NCBI GenBank assembly: GCA_963801355.1
Contig: CAWDEM010000008.1
Location: forward strand, 1,504,001 to 1,568,000
From: Ignavibacteriota bacterium
GTDB taxonomy: Bacteria > Bacteroidota > Ignavibacteria > UBA10030 > UBA6906
Length of the DNA: 64,000 bases
Direction: 5' to 3'
The translations under genes and the position numbers were made by a program. Each line of letters starts with the position of its first letter. Within the stretch, counting starts at the first letter, position 1. This document shows, in pieces, positions 41,203-50,257 of the stretch. Below the pieces are notes generated by a model, which worked only from the letters and a program-made list of their open reading frames with translations, made no database searches and was not told the DNA's origin.

Positions 41203-41209
41203 GTCAAAG

Positions 41210-42034
41210 TCAGACCCCGGGCGCGAGCGTAATGATCTCGTTGGGCTCGTTCCAGTAACTGTCCACAACCCGGAGTTCCCCCGCACCGACGGCATGCAGT
41301 CCCTCCCGCATGGTCGTGCGTGCCTTTTCAATTGTATTGCATTGCCTGCTGATATGCGCCAGCACGACCGCCCGGGGAAGCTCCCGCGATACCGCCAGTA
41401 TCTCCCTCATCAATGACGCAGATTGGTCGTTCGACAGATGGCCGATATCCCTGATTCGTCTCTTCAACCAGTCGGGACGTGTGGAGTTCTCCAGCATCAC
41501 CGTGTCGTGATTTGACTCCAGCACGATCGCCTGGGCGCCGGAAAAGCTCCCGGCCAGACCGTCGGTCGCGAACCCGAGGTCGGTGGATATGACTGCGGTC
41601 GTCGTGCCCTGGAGAGTGGTATCATGGATCGCGTACCCGAAGCAACCCCCCGGAGCGTCATGCGGGACGGGGAATGACTCCACGTCAAAGCCCGCAACTG
41701 CGCCAACACCGTCCTTCAGTACGCGCAACAATCCCTGATGTGCGGCCTTGCGTGCCATCGCATACTGCTTCTCCAGTACGGCCGCGATCGGGGCAGGACA
41801 GTACACGGGAATCCGGAGTTCCAGCACCCGCTTCAACGTTTCCGGATGGACGTGGTCTCCGTGGGTGTGGGTGATCAGCACTCCGCCCAGCGTGCGGAAT
41901 TGTACGCCGGACGCATCGAGATGCCTGCTGATGTACCGCTGGCTGAGCCCGATGTCCACCAGCAACGACCGGCCGTCATTCCAGAAGACTGTGCTGTTGC
42001 CGGCGCTCGAACTCGCAAGAACCCGAAGATGCAT
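41210..42034 (-). CDS. MBL-fold metallohydrolase (YycJ/WalJ-like)
   Basis: LASSSAGN, THTHGDH, VPHDA, STDLG, LESNHD, GHLSN, LAHIS. Confidence 0.9.
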   Translation of the reverse strand: MHLRVLASSSAGNSTVFWNDGRSLLVDIGLSQRYISRHLDASGVQFRTLGGVLITHTHGDHVHPETLKRVLELRIPVYCPAPIAAVLEKQYAMARKAAHQGLLRVLKDGVGAVAGFDVESFPVPHDAPGGCFGYAIHDTTLQGTTTAVISTDLGFATDGLAGSFSGAQAIVLESNHDTVMLENSTRPDWLKRRIRDIGHLSNDQSASLMREILAVSRELPRAVVLAHISRQCNTIEKARTTMREGLHAVGAGELRVVDSYWNEPNEIITLAPGV

Positions 42035-42429
42035 CAGCTCCCCCGTTGGCCGCCACGGCGTGGGGCCCCGACACCCTGGAACCCGCCCCCGTGAAAACCA
42101 CCTCCCCTGCCGGTACCTTTGGGCCCGCCGCCGCTGACTCCCTTACGCCCCTTCCCCTTTCGCCCGCCCGGGCCGTGAGTTTCGGCTTCCGGCGGAACTA
42201 CTTCCTTTAGCGAAAGTGCGTAATCGGTGAGTTTCTTGCCGTGCAGCGCAGTCATCGCCGCACGTGCTTCATCGTCGTTCGGCATTTCCACGAAGGCGAA
42301 CCCGGAGTGATGACCGGTCACCCGATCGATATCGAGTTTTACAGACGCCACCGTTCCGTGTGCCGCGAAGAGACCGCGGACCTTTTCCTCGTCGTACTCG
42401 CGTGGGAGATTCGCGACATGGATGTTCAC
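42034..42429 (-). CDS. RRM RNA-binding protein with Gly/Arg-rich tail
   Basis: IHVANL (RNP2), SGFAFVEM (RNP1), GRGGGF and RRGG tail. Confidence 0.92.
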   Translation of the reverse strand: MNIHVANLPREYDEEKVRGLFAAHGTVASVKLDIDRVTGHHSGFAFVEMPNDDEARAAMTALHGKKLTDYALSLKEVVPPEAETHGPGGRKGKGRKGVSGGGPKGTGRGGGFHGGGFQGVGAPRRGGQRGS

Positions 42430-43211
42430 TGTTGACTCCGTTCATGTGAGAGTTCTTTTGCATCCGGGGTTACCGGCGTTGCCGCGTCACGGGAAGCCGG
42501 AGGATCCGGATGCTTCACCGGAGGTGGTGCATATCCGACCACCGATCCGGCACGAATGCGCACGAGGTATGGTGAAAGTGTCGTCCCGGGCAACGTGCGC
42601 ACACCATCTTCGATCTTGATCGGCCCGATGCCGGTGCCGGCGCCGATCTTGCAGTTCGCGCCGATTTCGATGAGACCGTAGCGGAACGTTCCGCATCCTT
42701 CGTAGGCGTGCACCGTCATCTGGCTGAATGCGCCGACGAGGGTGTTATCGCCGATGAAGATCAGCTCCGGACGGAAATGATCGAGCCAGACCATCTGCAT
42801 GATCTCAACATTCTTCCCGATGTGGGCACCCATCCACCGGTACCACCGGTTTTTGAAAGGCGTACCTTTCATGATAAATGATACACCAACCTGGCAAAGA
42901 AGCAATATCCGTCTGGGAAGCGGCAGACAGATCGTGCGCCAGTTGATGGCATCCGGTTCTTCCGGCGCCCCCAGGCCGGAGAACGTATAGTGCCGCTGCA
43001 CCGGTGTCAGGAAAGCCTCCAGGCGCTCAGTCCCCTCCGGTGTGCGCGGGTCCAGGGTGGCCACATCACGTCCCTTTCCCCGCGCAGTCTTGGATATCGT
43101 GATCGTGCGGTGGTGTTTCTTCCCCAGGTGTATTGCCCTGCGGATGATATCCACCGTCACTTCGCGCATGACCTCTTCGGGCGTTGCCGTGGGGCGCTCG
43201 TGGCTGCTCAT
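42426..43211 (-). CDS. Hexapeptide-repeat acyltransferase with N-terminal extension
   Basis: KNRWYRWMGAHIGKNV, DHFRPELIFIGDNTLVG, IEIGANCKIGAG. Confidence 0.75.
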   Translation of the reverse strand: MSSHERPTATPEEVMREVTVDIIRRAIHLGKKHHRTITISKTARGKGRDVATLDPRTPEGTERLEAFLTPVQRHYTFSGLGAPEEPDAINWRTICLPLPRRILLLCQVGVSFIMKGTPFKNRWYRWMGAHIGKNVEIMQMVWLDHFRPELIFIGDNTLVGAFSQMTVHAYEGCGTFRYGLIEIGANCKIGAGTGIGPIKIEDGVRTLPGTTLSPYLVRIRAGSVVGYAPPPVKHPDPPASRDAATPVTPDAKELSHERSQQ

Positions 43212-44638
43212 GACCGTTCACCGTTCGCGAAGTGCATCGCCTCTCCCGACACGTTGCGTATCAGGCGGGCGTGCGACCGTTCACCGATAAACCGCAGGAG
43301 AATCTTGTACGTGTCATAATCAAATCGTTGTGAAGGGCGCATGTCGAACTGTTCCGTCCCGTCGCCAAACCGGCCCGAACCGACGAGGCACCAGTTGTCC
43401 ACAAGAAATGCCTCGCCTGACTCGCCGTCGGGGGCCTGCTCCTGCAGTACGATGGCGCCTTTGAAAGGCCACGCCTTGACTTTGCGCCCGGAGAACGCGG
43501 CCTCGACCCTCATGTTGTAGAGGAGGGCGGGTTCCTCTCCCACGCAGGCACCTTCGCACGTATGGATCTGATAGCCGAAACAGGGCCCGCGTCCGGATTC
43601 CAGACCGATGAGCCTGTGGCACAGGTGATGCTCCCTGGCGGCGTCGCGCAGAAACTCTTCAGCCTGTCTCTGCGATTTGAACAGCGCCAGAATGTTGGAT
43701 GCAGTCGCGGATTCGATGATCTCGGTTTTTTCCAGGCGTACGGCCAGATACCCTTCGCGGGTCAGTGACTTGCGCGCAAGGATGACCCGGCGCGTGCTGC
43801 GCGACATTCTATTGTAGATCGGATGCAACTCCTTGATCAAAGAAGATTCCAGAAGGAGTGCTCCGAGTTCACCGGACGTCGTACGCGTCTCGATGCGATG
43901 CACCTGACGGCACATTTCCATCCCCCGCGCGGTCCGGTCATCCCCGGCAAAGTGCCCCTGCACGCGCCCCCGGATGTTTTTGCTTTTCCCTACATACAGC
44001 AGTTCGTTCTGCGGACCGTAGAACAGATAGACGCCGGGCGACTCCGGAAGCCCGGCCAGCATGGCCCGGTCCACATCCACCGGCAGTCGTTTCTCCTTCA
44101 TGACATGCCGTATCGCTTCAGCGACCCGGTCGGGGTCCTCCTTGTGTTCCACGCAATGGAGGAATGCCAGCACCGCCTGCGCATCGCCCAGGGCACGGTG
44201 GCGCTCCGGGCATGTAAGGCCGTGGCGATCGATCAGACTGCTCAGGTCGTGGTGCCGGTGTTCCGGATAGAGTTTTCTTGACAGCTTCATCGTGCAGAGA
44301 CACCGCGGAGAAAACTCACGGCCGGTCCTGGCAAACTCTGCCTTCAGAAATCCGTAGTCGAACCGCGCATTATGCGCGACAAAGACCGCGCCGTCAAGAA
44401 CGCGCGAGACGTCGCGGGCAATCGACGAAAACGACGGAGCGTTTTCCACATCGCGGTTGGATATCCCGGTCAGCTGTTCGATCATCGGATGAATGTAGCA
44501 GTCCGGATTCACGAGCGTGGAATACGTCTTCCGGACCTTGCCCCCTTCGACGCGAAGAATGCCGATTTCAATGATGCGGCTGTACAGCGCGCTCATGCCG
44601 GTGGTTTCAAGATCGACGATGGCCAGTGGCTCGTTCAT
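43208..44638 (-). CDS. DEDDh 3'-5' exonuclease (Pol III epsilon-like) fused to a GIY-YIG (UvrC/Cho-like) domain
   Basis: VDLETTG, AHNARFD, HRALGDA; PESPGVYLF, LYVGKSKNIRGRV..HF, GELGALLLE. Confidence 0.92.
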   Translation of the reverse strand: MNEPLAIVDLETTGMSALYSRIIEIGILRVEGGKVRKTYSTLVNPDCYIHPMIEQLTGISNRDVENAPSFSSIARDVSRVLDGAVFVAHNARFDYGFLKAEFARTGREFSPRCLCTMKLSRKLYPEHRHHDLSSLIDRHGLTCPERHRALGDAQAVLAFLHCVEHKEDPDRVAEAIRHVMKEKRLPVDVDRAMLAGLPESPGVYLFYGPQNELLYVGKSKNIRGRVQGHFAGDDRTARGMEMCRQVHRIETRTTSGELGALLLESSLIKELHPIYNRMSRSTRRVILARKSLTREGYLAVRLEKTEIIESATASNILALFKSQRQAEEFLRDAAREHHLCHRLIGLESGRGPCFGYQIHTCEGACVGEEPALLYNMRVEAAFSGRKVKAWPFKGAIVLQEQAPDGESGEAFLVDNWCLVGSGRFGDGTEQFDMRPSQRFDYDTYKILLRFIGERSHARLIRNVSGEAMHFANGERS

Positions 44639-45792
44639 GCATGTCCTACATGTATCACGTCATCGCCGAAGCGGGCACGGATCTTATCCACCGCTTTCAG
44701 CAGCTCTTCACGTTGTCCCCGCCGTGGATTCAGAGGGAGCTCCATCTGCGATGCATCGTCAAAATTGCAGAGGTGAACACCGAGCAGTCTCACCGCCTGG
44801 CGTGTGTCGTATGCCCCGTGGAACAGGCCCCTGACCGTCTCGAAGATCACCGGATCGTCATCCGTGGGATCGATGGTCCGCGCACGCGTGATGGTCGTGA
44901 AGTCGGCATACCGCAGCTTCAGCTGAATGGTACGGGCACGCCATCCCTGTTCGCGCACGCTTGCACAGACATCTTCCACAAGCGCATGGAGCTCCTCTTC
45001 GAGATCGGGAAGCGACCGCAGATCCACACTGAATGTTTCTTCCCTGCTGATGCTCTTTCGTGTATGCCCGACCGACACCGTGTCGCTCCCGCGGCCGTGC
45101 GCCACCTCATACAACCAGCCACCGGAGGCTCCCAGGAGGTGCACGAGCCGTTCTTCGGTGGCCATCTGAAGATCGGCGATCGTGCGGAATCCCCGCGCGC
45201 GGAGCGTCTCCTCCGTCCTGGTACCAACGCCCGGAATGACCGCGATGGAAAGTGGCGCGAGAAAGAATTCCTCCCGGCCCGCCGGCACGATGCAGACCCC
45301 GTTGGGCTTCACAGTGCCCACCGCGATCTTGGCGAGGGTTTTGCTGGTCGCCAGCGCGATGGAACAGGGCAGCTGAAATTCCTCCGCAACGAGCCGCTGA
45401 ACCGTGCGCATGAATCCCGGAAGGTCGTTGCCGTAGAGCGATTCGCATCCGGTGAAATCCATATACATCTCGTCAATGGATGCCCGCTCCACGACAGGGG
45501 CGAGCTGTTCCATCCGCTTCGCCAGCCGGTCCGAGATTTCGCCGTACTCATGATGGCTGGACCGCGCCAGGATGAGATGCGGGCAGAGACGCAGCGCCTG
45601 CGCCGTGGACATCGCGGAGCGTACACCGAATGCGCGGGCTTCGTACGATGCCGATGCCACCACACCGCGGCCGCCGGGAGCCCCGCCCACAGCCACGGGC
45701 TTGCCGATCAGCCCGGGATCCTTCAGACGCTCAACCGACACGAAAAAGCAATCGAGATCCAGATGCGCAATCTGTTTGGTTGGCGGCGTCAT
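44635..45792 (-). CDS. dinB: DNA polymerase IV
   Basis: HLDLDCFFVSVE, SASYEARAFGVRSAM, SIDEMY, LAKIA, KLRYADF, VRLLGV. Confidence 0.96.
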   Translation of the reverse strand: MTPPTKQIAHLDLDCFFVSVERLKDPGLIGKPVAVGGAPGGRGVVASASYEARAFGVRSAMSTAQALRLCPHLILARSSHHEYGEISDRLAKRMEQLAPVVERASIDEMYMDFTGCESLYGNDLPGFMRTVQRLVAEEFQLPCSIALATSKTLAKIAVGTVKPNGVCIVPAGREEFFLAPLSIAVIPGVGTRTEETLRARGFRTIADLQMATEERLVHLLGASGGWLYEVAHGRGSDTVSVGHTRKSISREETFSVDLRSLPDLEEELHALVEDVCASVREQGWRARTIQLKLRYADFTTITRARTIDPTDDDPVIFETVRGLFHGAYDTRQAVRLLGVHLCNFDDASQMELPLNPRRGQREELLKAVDKIRARFGDDVIHVGHA

Positions 45793-45907
45793 GGTTGCTG
45801 CGCGGAATGTGCGTACGATACGGAGCCGGGGGATGCCGCGTGAAACAGGTGCAGCATCCCCCGTTCAAACCGATCCCGTTACTTCACCCCCTGCAGGGTG
45901 AAGCGGG

Positions 45908-46447
45908 CTACTTCATTTCCTTCTTGTATTGCTCGTACTTCTGGACCTCGGAATCAAGTTCCTTGAACGTCTCGGATGCACGGAAACGTGTGTAGAGATC
46001 CTTGTTGTTCTTGATCTCCTGCAGCAGCGTTTCATTCGCAGAGCCGATCGGGAGCTCCATCATCACAAATGCCCGGTACAGGTCTCCCTCCCTGACCGTC
46101 TTCTGATCTTTCATTTTGCTGCCGTTCATCGTGGTGGAGACCACGAGTTTTGTGGCCTGTGTGAATTGCGCCAGCAACGTTGCTTCCTGGCCTACGCCGG
46201 TTTCGTCTTCGAACCTCTTCTGCAGTGCGTTCACCTTGGTCTCCAGCATCCGGCCCAGCTCGGCACGGGCCCCGGTCGAGGCCTTGTCAATGGCCACCTG
46301 CATATCCTGCGAAGTCGCCGAGTTGGCCGAGCGCAAATACAATGGATCCTGGGGCGCATTCGGATACCAGGACGGTATCCCGCTGCCGCATCCCACCAGG
46401 CCGAACGCAACCACCACGAGCATTGCTACCAATACTGTTGTGCGCAT
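45908..46447 (-). CDS. LPP20-like lipoprotein
   Basis: Strong AAAGGAGG site, lipobox LVGC, PSW, helical A...ARAEL motif. Confidence 0.8.
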   Translation of the reverse strand: MRTTVLVAMLVVVAFGLVGCGSGIPSWYPNAPQDPLYLRSANSATSQDMQVAIDKASTGARAELGRMLETKVNALQKRFEDETGVGQEATLLAQFTQATKLVVSTTMNGSKMKDQKTVREGDLYRAFVMMELPIGSANETLLQEIKNNKDLYTRFRASETFKELDSEVQKYEQYKKEMK

Positions 46448-46481
46448 AGTTGCCTCCTTTGAGGAAATGTTGGTACGAGAG

Positions 46482-48005
46482 CTACTCCAGAGCCTTATCG
46501 ATTTCCGCCTTGACAAGATCGCCGACCTTCCGGGCCATCGCCTCTAACAAGCGGCTTCCCGCGTTCTGATACGTTGCACCACCTTCTTTTTCATTTTCAA
46601 GAATGACGCTCCCCAGCACCACTCCGGTCTTGCAGTCGAGTACGTGCACCACCGCACGCCCGGCACTGAAATACATTTGCGGCATCGGGTTGCTCCGCTC
46701 GGTTGCCTCCACCTGACCGATGACGGCGATCTCCGCGATCTTTCCCAGCGCTCCAGTCACCGCATGGTAGTCGCCGCTGGTGATCGCTTGTGTCAGCTGC
46801 TGCTCCGGCACCAATCGCAGCACCTTTGAATCCTCAATCACGGTGTAGCGTCCGCCCACCAGCAGACGCTGGATCTGTTCCTGCACCGACGATTTCACTC
46901 GCGGAACGCCAAGATTGGATTCCACGATCCGGATTGCAACGGTCGACGAGCTCCTGCTCTTCAACAGGAACGAGAAATCCACAAACGCGGAGTTGTTGCA
47001 CCGGGCGAGATCGGGGAAGCGTCCTGCAAACGCGACAAGACCCGGCAGCGCGAGCGTCACCCGGATCCGGTTATTAGCCTCACCGGAAGTTATTTCGTTC
47101 ACCGGGATGTTGAAGTCACCGTTGGACGACGTGCGGAAATCCGTCGGCAGCTTTCCCGTGGCGGGAGGCACGAACGCCGCCGCCAGCTGCGCGTTGTGTA
47201 CCGGCACAACGCCGTGGTCAGACCTGTACATCACCCGTCCACGGAGCGGCTCTCCGAGCGCTTTGGCGCGCTGGGCTTCCTGGCGATCACCCCTCTGAAC
47301 CTCGAATTGCAGCCGGCTGAGATACCCGCACAGCTGACTCTGGAGCACCGGAAGCACCGGCACGCTGGGGCCGGAGCCTTCGAGCGAGGCAGAGAGTGTC
47401 CTCTCCAGCGACGCTTCGGCCAGCGAGACGACCTTCATGGCCTCCAGCAGCTGGCCGCATGCCGTAAACGGGTCATCCTGATCCATGGCCTTCCGGGCGG
47501 CGCCGTGGTACACGCGTGCGGAAGACACCGCATCCTGCATCTTCTCCCGGAAACGCTCCTCAACTTCCGCCTGCGAGATCGCCCCGTATGCATACAGAAT
47601 CTCCGCGTCCTCGTCATACCACCGCTCCAGTACGATGCCCTCCAGCGTGGCGGTCGTGATCTGTTCCGTCGTCGACGCGTAGGCGTCGGTCACCGCAGCA
47701 TCGGTGCCGGTCATGGTCTCCTGTACGGCCCTCGTCACGCTGCTGTTGATACGGACTTTGATCTGTGATGCGATTTGCGCGCGCGCGCGCCCCGCGGCAT
47801 CCTCCCACGCAGTATCGCCCTTCCCTTCCGCCTTTGCCATTCCCAGCCCCTGATACCATCCGGCCTTTGCCGGAAGGTTCGGGAGATCCCGTGCCCAGCG
47901 CGGACGCTCCTGGGCGTTCGCCAGCCCGCCTGCACAGAGCAGAAGGCATGCGAGTAGCCGAATGCCATAACTCCATCTGCCCCGGAAACATCTGTGTGAC
48001 CTCAT
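46482..48005 (-). CDS. Exported LPP20-domain protein
   Basis: Signal peptide, RPRWA...YQGLG...ARAQIASQIKVRINS. Confidence 0.75.
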   Translation of the reverse strand: MRSHRCFRGRWSYGIRLLACLLLCAGGLANAQERPRWARDLPNLPAKAGWYQGLGMAKAEGKGDTAWEDAAGRARAQIASQIKVRINSSVTRAVQETMTGTDAAVTDAYASTTEQITTATLEGIVLERWYDEDAEILYAYGAISQAEVEERFREKMQDAVSSARVYHGAARKAMDQDDPFTACGQLLEAMKVVSLAEASLERTLSASLEGSGPSVPVLPVLQSQLCGYLSRLQFEVQRGDRQEAQRAKALGEPLRGRVMYRSDHGVVPVHNAQLAAAFVPPATGKLPTDFRTSSNGDFNIPVNEITSGEANNRIRVTLALPGLVAFAGRFPDLARCNNSAFVDFSFLLKSRSSSTVAIRIVESNLGVPRVKSSVQEQIQRLLVGGRYTVIEDSKVLRLVPEQQLTQAITSGDYHAVTGALGKIAEIAVIGQVEATERSNPMPQMYFSAGRAVVHVLDCKTGVVLGSVILENEKEGGATYQNAGSRLLEAMARKVGDLVKAEIDKALE

Positions 48006-48018
48006 GATCCTTCTCCGG

Positions 48019-49551
48019 TTATCGAGCGATGGTTGACACCAGCATATTGATTGCGTCGTACATATCCTGATCGCGGCACTCTTCGCAAATGACTTCGCGC
48101 CCTTTCATCACCTTGCCGGTTTCCACATTGATCAGCCGTGCCGAAAACACGATGCTCGTGCCGAGCTTTCCCACGGTGCCCAGGAGCACAACGTCGGCCT
48201 TCAGGATTTTCCCCACGCTCACACCTTGATCTTCCGTCAGCCCGCTCAACTGGAACCGCTGCTCCTTGAGAATGCCCTCGATGTGATCGCGTTCGACCAG
48301 CGTCACGTAGTCCACGTTCGAGAGTGCATTGGACATCGTGCTGATGCAGACGTCGGCCACCTCGGCCGGCACGCCTTTCGCTTTGAACGAGAGAATGGCG
48401 AGCTTGACCGGAGTGCCGGGAGGGAGTGCCGGTTCTGTGCTTCCCGCGCGCGCCCGGATTCTTCCGCTCAGGGACGGCAACGCACCCGATGCCACACTCG
48501 CTTCTCCCTTGAACTGCAACTTCCAGACAGCGACCGCGCCATCGTCGCCTCCGCCCGCCAGCCAGCTGTTGTCATCCGAGACCGCCAGCACCTTCGGGCG
48601 CTGGGTCATGGTGACGGTGCTTCCGCTTTCTCCTTTGCGCAGGTCAACGAGGGCAATGGTATTGTCTTCGTCCCCCGCAACAGCCACATGATCGTTTCCC
48701 GGTCCGAGGGCCATGACTTCCGCGGTGGAGGGAGTCTTGACCTGCTTGACTTCCGCGCCGCTTTGCCAATCGTACGCGATGATGGCGCTGCGGCGCTCAA
48801 GATCACGGCCGCTCATGACGCCTCCCTTGGGCAGTGCGACTTCTTCGAGGGAGACGGCAAACACGTTTGTTGCACGATTCGTCGCCGCAGCGTGGACGAC
48901 CGATTGCGATCCGTGAAGCTCGCCGCCCGCCAGTGCCAGAGTGCGGAGCGGTTTCATCGTCGCCGGGTTCCACGCAACGACGTCACCGAGCTGCATCACC
49001 GCCACGAGTTGCTGTCCCAACCGGTCAAAACCCAGAAACAGGATATCATCGATCTTGTCGCTGGCATTGATGGTCCCAGCGGGCATCAGCCCCTTCAGGT
49101 CAAACAATTCGATCCGTTCGTCCCCGGTAGCAACGGCGAGGTATTGCTTCCCGGCGTCAATCGCCAGACGATCCGGTTTCCCCTTCGTGCGGAAGGATGT
49201 CCCGGTCGGGCCTTTCAGAAGATCGTGGATGGTGACCTCACCTGTCTTGTCCACCGCAACGTACGACCGGTCGCCGCTGAGAAAGGCAAGGAAGAGAACC
49301 GCATCTTCCAGCCTGGCGGTGCTGATCGCCTGTTTCTTCTCCAGGTCCCAGCAGTACACTGCACCGCTCTTGTCACCCGACAGGAGGAGCGACCCGTGAG
49401 AGGGGAATGCGAGCGCGGTGACTTCTTCGTTCTCCTCCGGTTGGAGGACGGCATGCGCCGTCACCCGGATATCTTGAGCAGTCACCGGGATGCTCAGCAC
49501 AAGACAGAGCAACCCGGCGGCCGCATGGAGCGGCCACCGTGTCATGGTCAT
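48019..49551 (-). CDS. Exported WD40 propeller + C-terminal CsgG/FlgO-like domain protein
   Basis: LLSGDKSGAVYCWD and LAGGGDDGAVAVWK repeats; LVERDHIEGILKEQRFQLSG...VGKILKAD...ARLINVETG. Confidence 0.82.
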   Translation of the reverse strand: MTMTRWPLHAAAGLLCLVLSIPVTAQDIRVTAHAVLQPEENEEVTALAFPSHGSLLLSGDKSGAVYCWDLEKKQAISTARLEDAVLFLAFLSGDRSYVAVDKTGEVTIHDLLKGPTGTSFRTKGKPDRLAIDAGKQYLAVATGDERIELFDLKGLMPAGTINASDKIDDILFLGFDRLGQQLVAVMQLGDVVAWNPATMKPLRTLALAGGELHGSQSVVHAAATNRATNVFAVSLEEVALPKGGVMSGRDLERRSAIIAYDWQSGAEVKQVKTPSTAEVMALGPGNDHVAVAGDEDNTIALVDLRKGESGSTVTMTQRPKVLAVSDDNSWLAGGGDDGAVAVWKLQFKGEASVASGALPSLSGRIRARAGSTEPALPPGTPVKLAILSFKAKGVPAEVADVCISTMSNALSNVDYVTLVERDHIEGILKEQRFQLSGLTEDQGVSVGKILKADVVLLGTVGKLGTSIVFSARLINVETGKVMKGREVICEECRDQDMYDAINMLVSTIAR

Positions 49552-49576
49552 TGTCACCCAGTTGTCCCGAATGGTG

Positions 49577-50128
49577 TTACAACAGGAAGCTGAGACCGAC
49601 TGCGAACAGCAGAAGCCCGCCCTCCTGATCCTTGTTCAGTGTAAACAGGTAGTTGCCGCCGATATCGAGTGCGGTCTTTTTCGCAAAGAAGTACTTCAAG
49701 CCGGCATTAATACCGATACTCCCTTTGTCTTCGCTGTCACTGAAATCATTCTTGAAGTATTGTGCGCCGAGATACGGAACTGCCTTGGCATTGCGCATCA
49801 GGAACGAGTAGACAATAAACGCCGTGCTGCCGAAGGTTGTCTTCGTTTCCGACTCATATTTCACAGTTCCCAGGGTGTAGTCGATGACGGGAGTGGTAGA
49901 GGTGGTGATGCTCAACGTCGGCCCGATGCCGATCTGCAGGGCGTCGGTGATGTACGGACCAATTTTCCCCGATATCATCCCGGAGCCGAAGCTCATGTCC
50001 TGACCGATCGTTGTGAAGTACATACCCTGGAACTGCAATTCAACGTCTCCCCTTTGCTGTTGGGCGAAGGCTGATGCGGCGATCAGCATGAGCACAATCA
50101 CCACTAGACCGTTGTGTGCGAAACGCAT
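49577..50128 (-). CDS. Small outer-membrane beta-barrel protein
   Basis: AAGGAGG site, signal peptide AFA-Q, VPYLG, AGLKYFF, C-terminal VGLSFLL. Confidence 0.8.
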   Translation of the reverse strand: MRFAHNGLVVIVLMLIAASAFAQQQRGDVELQFQGMYFTTIGQDMSFGSGMISGKIGPYITDALQIGIGPTLSITTSTTPVIDYTLGTVKYESETKTTFGSTAFIVYSFLMRNAKAVPYLGAQYFKNDFSDSEDKGSIGINAGLKYFFAKKTALDIGGNYLFTLNKDQEGGLLLFAVGLSFLL

Positions 50129-50257
50129 GGGCACCTCCTTGATAGTGTTGGTCCTCTAATACGGCAGTCGCTAATTTGCACGAATGTAAAGCATTCCTCT
50201 TCAACAAGCAAATGAAGTGCTTGCGTTTATTCGCATCAAACCGTACTTTTGTGCCTG

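Noticed and set aside
45793-45907. SOS box upstream of dinB
   Set aside because: Only two GC-rich hairpins are visible, more like a terminator of the LPP20 operon; no LexA motif I can support.
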